DNA of 64,000 bases from an uncultured delta proteobacterium (GCA_963727445.1 CAVSGI010000015.1:96001-160000), one strand, 5' to 3'; positions 48,335 through 57,923 are shown, counted from the stretch's first letter. The notes: generated from the letters alone by a model not told the origin. Program-made: numbers and translations.

Positions 48335-49503
48335 GGCGCCTCCGCCTCGAGGTAGACGAGCTCGTCCGTCCCGTCGCCGTCGATGTCGGCCGCGAGGATC
48401 GAATCGGGCACCACCTCGGCGCCGCTCTCGTCGCGCAGGGTGAAGGTCTCCGTGAGGCAGCCGGAGGTCGCCGAGAGCTCGTAGACGGTGGAGCCGTCGA
48501 CCACGAGGACCGCGTCGCCCGGGCCGGAGAGCCGCGCGCCGACCAGGAAATCGCCGGCGACCGGCACCCCGTCGGTGCACCGAACCACCCCCGGCAACAG
48601 CTCGATGAAGCGCAGCATGTCGTCGAGGACGAGGAGCCGACCCGTGGCGTCGATGGCGGTGAGCGCGCCGGCGCCCGAACCGTAGAGGTCCACCAGGTCC
48701 AGCGTCACCGGCTCGAAGGGACGCGTCGTGCCGCTCGCCGCCACGTACTCGACGATCGGCAACGGCCCGGAGAACGTGCCGGCCGACGCGGACAAGAGCC
48801 AGAGGCCTTCGCTGTCCTTGGCGGCGACCACCGGCGTGCTGGCGACGCGGCCGGTGATCAGGAGCTCGGGCGAGAGGAAGCTGTCGTCTTCCTTCTTGAG
48901 ATCGACGGGCGTGGTGAAGGCGTGGGTGGCGGGATCGAGCTGCCAGGCCTCGTGGCCGTCGACGAAGATCAGCTCTTCACCGCCGGTCCCGTCGAGGTCC
49001 ACTGCGCCGCCGAGGTCGAGGGTCAAAGGGACGCCCTCGTCACTGCGGGTCTCGAAGCTCAGCGGTCCGGAGCCGAGGCGGATGGTGACGCGCGAGGTGG
49101 GCCCAGCGCATCGGCAGACGGTGCAGCCGTCTTCATCCACGGCGAGGCCCGCGGGGCAGGGGAGGTCGCACTCGGGAGCGAGTGGGCACGTGGCTTCGCA
49201 CTCGCCCTCGTGGTCGATCTCGACCATCGCACACTCGGCCTCGCACGCGTTGCCGTAGGTCTCGCCGTCGACGCCGCAGACCGGCGCGTAGACGTCGGAG
49301 CAGACACACAGAGCGCGGCAGACGCCCTCCTCCCGGTCGCAGTACTCGCCGTCGTCGCAGTCGGCGTCGTTGGTACACACACCACCGGCGTCACCACCGG
49401 CGTCACCACCGGCGTCACCACCAGAGGGCGGCGAGCCCGAGGCCATGCAGGCGGAGAGAGCGAGGACGGGGAGCAGGGCGCTCGGGAGGAAGATTCGATT
49501 CAT
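48331..49503 (-). CDS. Lipoprotein with Kazal-type and antistasin-like Cys domains plus an unnamed repeat domain
   Basis: Lipobox LSAC; CSDVYAPVCGVDGETYGNACEAEC (Kazal); CDLPCPAGLAVDEDGCTVCRC; GGDA x3 linker (12-bp repeat at about 49381-49420). Confidence 0.83.
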   Translation of the reverse strand: MNRIFLPSALLPVLALSACMASGSPPSGGDAGGDAGGDAGGVCTNDADCDDGEYCDREEGVCRALCVCSDVYAPVCGVDGETYGNACEAECAMVEIDHEGECEATCPLAPECDLPCPAGLAVDEDGCTVCRCAGPTSRVTIRLGSGPLSFETRSDEGVPLTLDLGGAVDLDGTGGEELIFVDGHEAWQLDPATHAFTTPVDLKKEDDSFLSPELLITGRVASTPVVAAKDSEGLWLLSASAGTFSGPLPIVEYVAASGTTRPFEPVTLDLVDLYGSGAGALTAIDATGRLLVLDDMLRFIELLPGVVRCTDGVPVAGDFLVGARLSGPGDAVLVVDGSTVYELSATSGCLTETFTLRDESGAEVVPDSILAADIDGDGTDELVYLEAEAP

Positions 49504-49558
49504 GGTGGGCACCTCGGAGAGAGAAGGGGGAGGCGATGTCGCCTCGGTGCCCACCATG

Positions 49559-49574
49559 TGCGAGAAGCGTACCG
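49559..49574 (-). promoter_or_regulatory. Possible sigma54 promoter of the Kazal-DUF1592-DUF1552 operon
   Basis: Minus strand CGGTACG-CTTC-TCGCA (GG-N10-GC), about 55 nt upstream of ATG 49503. Confidence 0.4.
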
Positions 49575-49651
49575 TCGGAGATCACTGCGCTTTCACGCAG
49601 CTCGGTCTCGGACCTGTTCCCTCGCCGTCGACACCTGCTGTGCCAGCTTCT

Positions 49652-51577
49652 TCAGTCGAGGGGAACCGTGATGCGCTGTCGACCGCCGGGCTCCACCACG
49701 ACCCGGACGCGGCGGCCGGGTGGTGTCCCGTTGGGGCGCACCTCGAGGAGATGCTCGCCGGCTGGGAGGGTGAAGCGGCCCGGCGTCTCGCCGAGGCGGC
49801 GGCCGTTCAGGAAGACCAGCGCCCAGCCGCCGGTGGTGACGACGTTCACCGTGCCCTCGCCCGAGGGTTGGCTCTGCGCCACCGCCGTCGCGCTTTCCAT
49901 CGCGCCCGCTGCGGTCATGGTCATGCGCGGGCGGCGGCGGCGGCGTGCCGAGGGCGTCCGCGTCTCGTCGCTCGTCGAGGACGGCGACTCGTCGGCCACA
50001 GGTGGATCGCCGGCGTGCGACCCCGGCGTCTCGGGCGAGCCCGCCTCTTCGGTGCTGGGCGGCTCGTCCCCCTCGTCCACTTCGGACCCGTTCGCCTCTT
50101 CGGCGGTCGCCGCTTCCCCGGCCGCCGTCTCGTGGGCCTGCGCGGGCGCGGGCGGGTTCACGAACGCGCCTCGGAACGCGACGAAGGAGCCAGCGATCAC
50201 CGCGAGCCCCACCGCCGCAGCACCCACGACGAGAGCGCGACGGGGGCGAGGGGTGGGCGCGGGAGCGGGCGCGGCGCGCGGACGCGTCGGCATCTGCGAT
50301 TGGCGCAAACCCTCCGTGGGTATCGTGGAAGCCCGCGCATCATCCGGCGCGGGCTCGGCGGCCTTGGCGCCACGGCTCGGCCGCGGGGAACCGCCCGCAC
50401 CGACGGTGGGCGACAGGGGGCTGACCGCCGTCTCGAGCTGGCTGCGCCGACGCTTGCGCCGCGGTGGGTGCACGCCGGACTGTCCCGGGTCGTCCTCGAT
50501 GTCGCCCATCCGCGCCTCGGAGACCTGCGGCACGGGGACGGCGGCCTGGTTCGCGAGCTCGAGGAGCTGCTGCTTCTGACTGAGCGCCGCCGGGAACAGA
50601 TCCTCGAGCCACTCGGCGATGTCCGGCAGCCCGATGGTCACGCCTTCGGCGTTCAGGAAGCGGAGGATTTCCCTCCCGAGCTCGCGCGCGCTCCGGTGGC
50701 GCTTCTTCGGGTCGCGATCGAGTGCGCGCATCACGATCGCGTCGAGCGCCGGCGGCACGCGCGGGTCCGCATCGCTCGGCTTGGGGATCGGTTCCATGGT
50801 CACGGCCAGAACGGTCTTGGTCGCGGTCTTGCGATGGAAGAGGCGCTTGCCCGTGGCGACCTCCCAGAGCACCACGCCCATCGACCAGACATCGGTGGTG
50901 CGATCGACGGTCTCGCCGTGGGCCTGCTCGGGGGACATGTACGCCCACTTGCCCTTCACCGAGCCGGTGGTGGTGTCGTGGATCTGATCGGCGGCGCGCG
51001 CGATCCCGAAGTCCACCACCTTCACTCCACCGTCGAAGGTGACGAAGAGGTTGTGTGGCGAGATGTCGCGATGCACGACGTGGAGCGGATCGCCGCGCGT
51101 GCCGCGCAGCTCGTGGGCGGCGTGGAGGCCTTCGCAAGCGTCGGCCACGATGCGGCAGCCGATGAGCATTCGCTCGCGCCCCCCGCGGCCCTCGACTCGC
51201 GAGCAGCCAGCGAGGATGCGCGATAGCGGCTCGCCCACCAGATAGTCCATCGCGATGTAGTAGGTGCCGTCCTGTTCGCCGAAGTCGAAGACCGAGCAGA
51301 CGTTGGGGTGGCTGATGCGTGAGGCGATGCGGGCCTCGTCCAGGAACATCTCGACGAAGGTGCGCTCCTCGGCGAGGTGGGGGTGGATCCGCTTGAGCGC
51401 GACCAGCTTCTCGAAGCCCTCCGGCCCCTCGGCGCGCGCCAGGAAGACCTTCCCCATTCCCCCGGCGGCGAGCTCGAAGCAGAGACGGTAGCGGCCGTAC
51501 TTCTGGTCGGACTCGGCGGGGACCGAAGCAGACGCCTCGGGGGAGATGGTGTCGTCGGGGAGGGGAAGAGTGCTCAT
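49652..51577 (-). CDS. Transmembrane Ser/Thr protein kinase with C-terminal PEGA-like domain
   Basis: AAGGMG, VALK, HRDISPHN, DFG, KGKWAYMSPEQ; TM; VFLNGRRLGETP..LPAGEHLLEV. Confidence 0.95.
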   Translation of the reverse strand: MSTLPLPDDTISPEASASVPAESDQKYGRYRLCFELAAGGMGKVFLARAEGPEGFEKLVALKRIHPHLAEERTFVEMFLDEARIASRISHPNVCSVFDFGEQDGTYYIAMDYLVGEPLSRILAGCSRVEGRGGRERMLIGCRIVADACEGLHAAHELRGTRGDPLHVVHRDISPHNLFVTFDGGVKVVDFGIARAADQIHDTTTGSVKGKWAYMSPEQAHGETVDRTTDVWSMGVVLWEVATGKRLFHRKTATKTVLAVTMEPIPKPSDADPRVPPALDAIVMRALDRDPKKRHRSARELGREILRFLNAEGVTIGLPDIAEWLEDLFPAALSQKQQLLELANQAAVPVPQVSEARMGDIEDDPGQSGVHPPRRKRRRSQLETAVSPLSPTVGAGGSPRPSRGAKAAEPAPDDARASTIPTEGLRQSQMPTRPRAAPAPAPTPRPRRALVVGAAAVGLAVIAGSFVAFRGAFVNPPAPAQAHETAAGEAATAEEANGSEVDEGDEPPSTEEAGSPETPGSHAGDPPVADESPSSTSDETRTPSARRRRRPRMTMTAAGAMESATAVAQSQPSGEGTVNVVTTGGWALVFLNGRRLGETPGRFTLPAGEHLLEVRPNGTPPGRRVRVVVEPGGRQRITVPLD

Positions 51578-51623
51578 CCCGTGCGGGTGATTCTATCATC
51601 GATCGAGCTGCTACCCTCCTGGT

Positions 51624-52946
51624 GTGAGCGGCGACGAATGGGCGGTCGACGCGACCGTGAAGACCGACGATGCGCTCCTGGTGCGGCGCTTCTCGCTTCG
51701 CGTCCTCGAGGGTCCGGACGCCGGCGAGGTCTGGCGCTCGAATGCCGACGCCTGCTCGATCGGCACCAACGCGGCCAACGATCTCGTGTTGAGCGACCTG
51801 ACGGTCTCGCGCTTTCACGCGGAGGTCCGGATCGAGGAGCGAGGCGCGCGGCTCCGCGACCTCGGGAGCAGCAACGGGACGCGCCTCGACGGAACGAAGG
51901 TGCTCGACGCGCTCCCGCGCAACGGGAGCCTCATCCGCATCGGGCGCACGACCCTGGCATTCGACGTAGGCCAGAGCCGCAACCGGCTGCCCATCAGCGA
52001 GCACCGGCGCTTCGGCACGCTGGTCGGCGAGTCGGCGGCGCTACGCGCGGTCTTCTCGACCCTCGAGAAGGTCGCCCCCACCGACGTGACGGTGTTGATC
52101 GAGGGGGAGACGGGCACCGGCAAAGAAGAAGTGGCCACCAGCATCCACCAGGGCAGCGCGCGCGCCGACCAGGAGATGGTGGTGGTGGACTGTGGGGCGA
52201 TCCCGGCGAACCTGATCGAGAGCTACCTCTTCGGCCACGAAGCCGGCGCCTTCACCGGAGCCACGTCGGCACGCGCCGGCGCCTTCGAGGAGGCAGACGG
52301 CGGCACCCTGCTCCTGGACGAGATCGGAGAGCTGCCCCTCGAGATGCAACCCAAGCTGCTGCGCGTCCTCGAAGCCCGTGAGGTGCGGCGGATCGGAAGC
52401 ACCCACGAGCGCCCGGTGGACGTGCGCGTCGTCGCCGCCACGAACCGCGACCTCCGTCGAGAAGTGAGCGAAGGACGGTTTCGCGAGGATCTCTACTACC
52501 GTCTCGCCGTGGTGCGGGTGACGATCCCTCCGCTCCGCGAGCGGCCCGAGGACATCCCCGTCCTGGTCGACGATCTTCTCGGACGGCTGCGCCTCGATGA
52601 CGAGGCGCGCGAGCGGCTCTCCTCTGCCGAGCATCTCGCCGCTCTCCGAGCTGGGGCGTGGCCCGGCAACGTCCGCGAGCTCCGCAATCACCTCGAGCGG
52701 GCGGCGCTCTTCGACGACGTGGTCATCACCGCTCCTTCCGGCGCCAGCTCCCTCGACAATCTCGTCGATCCGACGCTGCCCTACGCCGAAGCGCGGCGGC
52801 GCGTCCTCGAGCTCTTCGAGGCGAGCTACGGGCGCGCGCTCGTCGAGCGTCACGGAGGCAACGTCAGCAAGGCGGCGCGCGAGGCCGGGATGGGGCGGAC
52901 CTACCTTCACCGGATCCTCAAGCGCCACGGCTACCGGCGGGAGTGA
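51624..52946 (+). CDS. FHA-domain sigma54-dependent enhancer-binding protein (Fis-type HTH)
   Basis: VSRFHA / DLGSSNGT (FHA); [41 protein letters not shown]. Confidence 0.95.
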   Translation: MSGDEWAVDATVKTDDALLVRRFSLRVLEGPDAGEVWRSNADACSIGTNAANDLVLSDLTVSRFHAEVRIEERGARLRDLGSSNGTRLDGTKVLDALPRNGSLIRIGRTTLAFDVGQSRNRLPISEHRRFGTLVGESAALRAVFSTLEKVAPTDVTVLIEGETGTGKEEVATSIHQGSARADQEMVVVDCGAIPANLIESYLFGHEAGAFTGATSARAGAFEEADGGTLLLDEIGELPLEMQPKLLRVLEAREVRRIGSTHERPVDVRVVAATNRDLRREVSEGRFREDLYYRLAVVRVTIPPLRERPEDIPVLVDDLLGRLRLDDEARERLSSAEHLAALRAGAWPGNVRELRNHLERAALFDDVVITAPSGASSLDNLVDPTLPYAEARRRVLELFEASYGRALVERHGGNVSKAAREAGMGRTYLHRILKRHGYRRE

Positions 52947-53056
52947 GCGCGCTCGGCTCCCGTGAGGAGCGCGAACGTGTCCCCTCCGCGTGTACACCCA
53001 CCGGGCACGCCCGGTCTCTCGGCGCGCTGCCCATCGTGAACACGAGCGATTTCGGA

Positions 53057-53072
53057 AGGCACGAGCCTTGCC
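53057..53072 (+). promoter_or_regulatory. Sigma54 -24/-12 promoter
   Basis: AGGCACG-AGCC-TTGCC, about 25 nt upstream of ATG 53097, with GGAGG before the ATG. Confidence 0.7.
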
Positions 53073-53096
53073 TTGGCCGGGGGGCGGAGGTTCTCG

Positions 53097-55631
53097 ATGT
53101 CGCTTCGCCCGCTGCTCTGGCTCTCTGTGCCCCTGACCCTCGCACTCGCGTGCGCGCCGCCGAGCGCCGTCGACGGCGCCGATGGGGGCGCCGCGCCCGA
53201 CGGCAGCGTTGGCGACGATGGGGGTGGTGGCGGCGACGCCGCGCGGCGACCTCCTACGGGCGACCCCATCGCGCGCTTCTTTGCGTCACACCTGAGCCAC
53301 GCCGACTCGGGAGGTGCCGCGTCGGAAGTGGTCGCGATCCTCCGCGACACCGCGGGCGTCGAACGGGACGAGGTCGTCCCGGTCTCTCTGCCTTTCGCGC
53401 GCGGCCAGGTGAGCGACCTCTCCACCCTGGCGCTGGTCGATGCTGCGAACGGAGAGAGCTTCGACACGAGCTGGCAGCCGATCCGCCATTGGCGTGACGG
53501 CACTGTCCACACCGCGATCGCGCACGCGCGGATCTCCCTCGGTCGCAGCGAGACGCGCCGCCTGGCGCTCGCGACCGACGCCACGTCCACCGACGCCGCC
53601 TTCCAGCCGCACCCCTGCGTCGGCGATCCCGCGAACGCGCTGCTGGAGGTGGAGGTCCGCGATCGACCGGGGGCGACCTACGCGTTCGACGCCAGCGCCC
53701 CCGACGCCCACGACCGGGTGGAGGTCGTCAGGGAGGACCCCTTCGGGCAGACGGTCCGGATCGACGGTTGGCTGCGCACCAGCGATTCCCTCGGTGTCAC
53801 CTACGATGACGGGACGCCCCGCGACTTCCTGCACGTCATCGCCTACGTGCGGACGCCCTCCGCCCTCGCCCCGCCCGTCGTCACCGTCGAGCTCGCGCTC
53901 GCGAACGACTACCTGGGCTGGGGCAATCCCACCGAGGGCTACGGCGACGATGAGCTCGGACCGCCGCCGAGCGACGACCCCACCTTCTTCCCCCTCGGCC
54001 CGGTGCTCGTCGCCGACGCGCGCGTGCACCTCCGCGGCGGCTCGAGCACCGTCGCCTTTCTCGAGGACGCGAACGGCCTCGAGCGGATCGAAGGCGAGGG
54101 CGAGACGACCTTCGTCCTCGGCCGAGACTTTCTCCTCGCCGACCACCAGCGTCTGGGCACCCGCTACCGGGTGGGCTACGCGTGCGAGACCGAGGGGACG
54201 CCCAGCGAAACCGCGCTCGCCGCCTCGGTCGAGCACGCGCTCCTCGGCATCGCCACCCCCACCGCCCACGCCGATGCCGGAGCGCTGGGTCTCGTCGGCA
54301 CCCTCGACGTAGGCGCGATCCCCAACGACGCCGCGGCGCGCGCGAGCGACGAGCTGGACGGATGGCCGAGCCTCGACGCCGATCCGTTCTCGTCCTTCGG
54401 CGAGTCGAAGACGCCGAACGGCGGTGGCGGCTCTCCGCTCATGGGTGCGATCAGCGAGCCCTACCTGCGCATGATCCTCACGGGCGACCCGCGCTATGCC
54501 GACAAGCTCCGCCAAGCCGCCCTCAACCGACTCAAGTGGCCCGAGTGGCTCCACGGGCTCGGAGCCCACCGCGCCGACGTCGACCTCTTCTGGCAGCAGG
54601 GGATCCACTTCGCCTCTCGCAACCAGCTCGGCCGCCCCCGCGAGAGCCAGTGGCGCACGGCGGTGCTCCATCCGGAGCTCGCGCCCGCGGACCTGCCCGA
54701 GGGTTATCCGCACGACTACCCCGGCAACGACAGCCAGCACTGGACGATCAATGCCCTCGTCGATCACTTCGCGGTCACGGGCGAACGCTGGGCCTGGGAC
54801 GCCGTCCGTGACGAGGCCATCCTTCTGACGCGCGCGCTCCCCAACGAAGGCTATGCATCCGCACCGAGCGGCCAGAACCGCAACGAGCGCGAGACGGGGT
54901 GGACCTTCTATGCGATGGCCCAGGCCATCGCCATCGGAGTCGATGTCGACGCGGACCGACCGCTGACCACCTGGCTCGAGGACCGTACGCGCCTCCTCGT
55001 GGAGGCGAGCGACAATCCCTTGGAAGCCGGCGCGACGCCACCGGTCTTCACCGCTCACACGCCGGACGCGCGATCTGGCTACGATCTCGTCGGCGCTCGC
55101 GACTACCGCATGTCCATCACCTGGATGGTCGGGATTGCGATCCTCGGCGGCGTCGCCGCCTACGAGCATGCCGGGATCGACGAGGCGCTGGAGGGCCTGG
55201 TGGCGCCGGCGCTGCGCTCCCTCGCCGATGGCTATGAGCGCGACTTCACAGATCCGGTCACCGGGGCGCACTTCACACACGGTCTGCGCTACATGACGAT
55301 GACGCACCTCGACGAAGGCTCGGGCCTGGTTCGCATCCATCCGCGCCAGGCCGACGCGCTGCGTTCGGAGGGTGCGGGCCTGTCGCTGGGGAGCACCCGC
55401 CGCTTCTCCTTCACCGGCGTGACCGCCGCCGTCGCCTTGTTGCCCGAGGGTAGCTACGAGCGCTCCATCGCGCAGTGCGTCGGCTCGGCGCTCTACGACT
55501 CGGGAACCGGCACCCGTGAGCGCTCCGCGTGGGAGCGCTACGATCTGCTGGGTGCCGGCTTCGACTACGACACTTCGGGCTGCGCCGCGATGATCGCCGC
55601 CCGCGACGCCGCGTATTCGTCTGCACCCTGA
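53097..55631 (+). CDS. Large lipoprotein, possibly PcRGLX/YetA-like (lyase-type fold)
   Basis: Lipobox LALAC; N-terminal VPVSLPFARG...WRDGTV resembles the YetA/exo-rhamnogalacturonan-lyase N-terminal barrel; helical C-terminal half with NERETGW. Confidence 0.55.
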   Translation: MSLRPLLWLSVPLTLALACAPPSAVDGADGGAAPDGSVGDDGGGGGDAARRPPTGDPIARFFASHLSHADSGGAASEVVAILRDTAGVERDEVVPVSLPFARGQVSDLSTLALVDAANGESFDTSWQPIRHWRDGTVHTAIAHARISLGRSETRRLALATDATSTDAAFQPHPCVGDPANALLEVEVRDRPGATYAFDASAPDAHDRVEVVREDPFGQTVRIDGWLRTSDSLGVTYDDGTPRDFLHVIAYVRTPSALAPPVVTVELALANDYLGWGNPTEGYGDDELGPPPSDDPTFFPLGPVLVADARVHLRGGSSTVAFLEDANGLERIEGEGETTFVLGRDFLLADHQRLGTRYRVGYACETEGTPSETALAASVEHALLGIATPTAHADAGALGLVGTLDVGAIPNDAAARASDELDGWPSLDADPFSSFGESKTPNGGGGSPLMGAISEPYLRMILTGDPRYADKLRQAALNRLKWPEWLHGLGAHRADVDLFWQQGIHFASRNQLGRPRESQWRTAVLHPELAPADLPEGYPHDYPGNDSQHWTINALVDHFAVTGERWAWDAVRDEAILLTRALPNEGYASAPSGQNRNERETGWTFYAMAQAIAIGVDVDADRPLTTWLEDRTRLLVEASDNPLEAGATPPVFTAHTPDARSGYDLVGARDYRMSITWMVGIAILGGVAAYEHAGIDEALEGLVAPALRSLADGYERDFTDPVTGAHFTHGLRYMTMTHLDEGSGLVRIHPRQADALRSEGAGLSLGSTRRFSFTGVTAAVALLPEGSYERSIAQCVGSALYDSGTGTRERSAWERYDLLGAGFDYDTSGCAAMIAARDAAYSSAP

Positions 55632-55873
55632 GGTGGGCGAGCCGGCTCGGACTCGGCGAACCCGCGTCAGAAGCTTCTGATCGAATGTATGCTCGTGGCG
55701 GCCAATCCGAGTACGGGATCGCGGGCAACGACAACCCGCTGGTGATCGCGCTCGGTCAGGAGTCCTCGGAAGAGGGCAGCTCGACGCCGGGATCGTCGAC
55801 CCTGAACGATGGCGTCCTCGACGAGCTCCGCCTCAGCTCGGTCCGGCGGGACTTCAGCCTCGTCGCACCCTGA
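55632..55873 (+). pseudogene. Orphan 3' gene fragment (LamG/concanavalin-like C-terminus)
   Basis: Reads ...NDNPLVIALGQE...DGVLDELRLSSVRRDF..stop in a frame different from the upstream gene, with no convincing start. Confidence 0.45.
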
Positions 55874-55917
55874 ATCGCGGACCGCTCGCGGAGCGGTGCT
55901 GTTAGGATGCGGCTCCC

Positions 55918-57243
55918 ATGGAGGTCAACTTCGACGGCATCGTCGGCCCGACGCACAACTACGCGGGGCTCTCGCTGGGTAACGTCGCCTCCGCGACCCA
56001 CGGCGGGCAGACCTCGCGACCGCGCGCGGCGGCGCTTCAGGGCCTCGACAAGATGAAGGCGCTCTTCGATCTGGGCGTTCGCCAGGCGGTGCTCCCACCG
56101 CACGAGCGTCCGCACCTGCCGACGCTCCGTCGCCTGGGCTTCTCCGGTTCGGACGCCGACGTCCTCGCTGCGGCCGCCGAGGAGCCCCCTCTGCTGGCGG
56201 TCGTGAGCTCGGCGTCGGCGATGTGGGCGGCGAACGCGGCGACCGTCGCGCCCAGCGCGGACACGCGCGATGGTCGGGTGCACCTCACCCCGGCCAACCT
56301 CCGCGCGACGCTCCATCGCTCCATCGAGCCGCCCGCCACGCGCGCGATCCTCGAGCGCATCTTCGCCGCGCCGGCTTTCGTCGTTCACGAGCCGCTCCCC
56401 GGGAGCGCACATCTGGGCGACGAGGGGGCGGCGAACCACACCCGCCTCGTCGCGCCAGGGCGCGAGGCCCTCCACGTCTTCGTGTACGGACAGACGGCGC
56501 TCGACAGCGCGACCGCTCGGCCGACGCGCTACCCAGCGCGCCAGACCCTCGAAGCCTCGCGCGCCGTCGCCCGCTTGCATCAGCTCGACCCGGCGCGATG
56601 CCTCTTCGTCCACCAGAACCCCGAGGTCGTCGACCGGGGTGTGTTCCACAACGACGTGATCGCCGTGGGTCACGACAACGTGCTGCTTCATCACGAGCTG
56701 GCCTTCGTGGGCGGCGACCGGGTGGTCGACGAGATGCGTTCGCTCCTGGATGGCGACCTCGAGACGATCCGGATCAGCGAGAGCGAAGCGAGCGTCGACG
56801 AGGTCGTCGCGTCGTACCTCTTCAACTCGCAGATCGTGAGCACCGCCGAGGGCAGGCGGATCCTCGTCGCCCCGACCGACTGCCGCGAACGCGCCGCGAC
56901 ACGGCGTGTCGTCGACAGGATCGTCGAGGGTCGGTCCCCCATCGACGACGCTCTCTACCTCGATGTCCGTCAGAGCATGGACAATGGAGGCGGCCCGGCC
57001 TGTCTGCGCCTGCGCGTCGAGCTCACGGACGAGGAGTGGGGCGCCGTGCTGCCGAGCGTTCGCTTCGACGACGCGCTCCACGAGAGGCTCCGCGCCTGGG
57101 TGGAGAAGCACTACCGCGAGGAGCTCCATCCCGACGACCTCTCGGATCCCGCGCTGCTCCGCGAATCGAGACGAGCCCTCGACGCGCTGACCCAGATCCT
57201 GGGTCTCGGCAGCGTCTACGCGTTTCAGCGATCCGCTGCGTGA
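55918..57243 (+). CDS. astB: N-succinylarginine dihydrolase
   Basis: EVNFDGIVGPTHNYAGLS.GN.AS, SASAMWAANAAT, GDEGAANH, GVFHNDVI, YLFNSQ, SMDNGGGPACLRLRV. Confidence 0.96.
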   Translation: MEVNFDGIVGPTHNYAGLSLGNVASATHGGQTSRPRAAALQGLDKMKALFDLGVRQAVLPPHERPHLPTLRRLGFSGSDADVLAAAAEEPPLLAVVSSASAMWAANAATVAPSADTRDGRVHLTPANLRATLHRSIEPPATRAILERIFAAPAFVVHEPLPGSAHLGDEGAANHTRLVAPGREALHVFVYGQTALDSATARPTRYPARQTLEASRAVARLHQLDPARCLFVHQNPEVVDRGVFHNDVIAVGHDNVLLHHELAFVGGDRVVDEMRSLLDGDLETIRISESEASVDEVVASYLFNSQIVSTAEGRRILVAPTDCRERAATRRVVDRIVEGRSPIDDALYLDVRQSMDNGGGPACLRLRVELTDEEWGAVLPSVRFDDALHERLRAWVEKHYREELHPDDLSDPALLRESRRALDALTQILGLGSVYAFQRSAA

Positions 57244-57312
57244 GCGATCGGCGCGCCCTTGGCCAACGTCGAGATGGACCCCGCCTCGGAGCGAGCCTCT
57301 TCACGAGGCAGG

Positions 57313-57897
57313 TCAGCCCGCGGTGGCCGGCGGATGCGGCGGCCCGACCACCCCGCAGGCGATGGGCTCGGCGGCGCCAGCGGGCGACTGGTCACCGGTG
57401 TGCGGACCAGCGTGAACGACGATCGCATGTCCGACGACGCTGGGTCGCTGATCGCCTCCGACCGACAGCGTCTCGAGCCTGCGGGTCACGTCGACCCGGC
57501 CTCGGTCGTCGGCCGTGAAGTCGCCCATGTCCCCCACATCGCGCCCGTTGGCAGCGAGGGGAGCCTCCTCGCCGGCGCTGTTCATGCTGTCTGCGTCACA
57601 ATCGCCGCCCTCGTCGATCCGGAACGAGTGTGCGCTGTGCGGCGCGAGGCCGCTGATATCCACGTGCATCTGCACGGCATCTCCGAGGCGCTTGAAAGTG
57701 ACGCTGCCTGCGACATCGTCGTTCCCCTCGGTGGGAAGGAGCACCGCGCCCGCTTCGGGCGCTTCACTCGCTTCGGTCTCTTCGACGTGCGTCTGGTCGA
57801 TCGCCTCCGAGGGTGATTCCACTCCGATCTGATCACAGCCGGTGAGCATCGTGATCTGCGCCGCTACGAGAATCGTGACTCGAATGATCTGTTTCAT
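57313..57897 (-). CDS. Cu/Zn superoxide dismutase-fold lipoprotein lacking most metal ligands
   Basis: Lipobox MLTGC; GSVTF, HSFRIDEGGDC, SAG, GDMGD, GHAIVVHAG, IACGVV. Confidence 0.8.
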   Translation of the reverse strand: MKQIIRVTILVAAQITMLTGCDQIGVESPSEAIDQTHVEETEASEAPEAGAVLLPTEGNDDVAGSVTFKRLGDAVQMHVDISGLAPHSAHSFRIDEGGDCDADSMNSAGEEAPLAANGRDVGDMGDFTADDRGRVDVTRRLETLSVGGDQRPSVVGHAIVVHAGPHTGDQSPAGAAEPIACGVVGPPHPPATAG

Positions 57898-57923
57898 CTG
57901 TGGCCCTTTCTCGCTCGAGGAGC

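Noticed and set aside
49630..49646. Second sigma54-like motif TGGCACAGCAGGTGT (minus strand)
   Set aside because: Good -24 element but lacks the invariant GC at -12.
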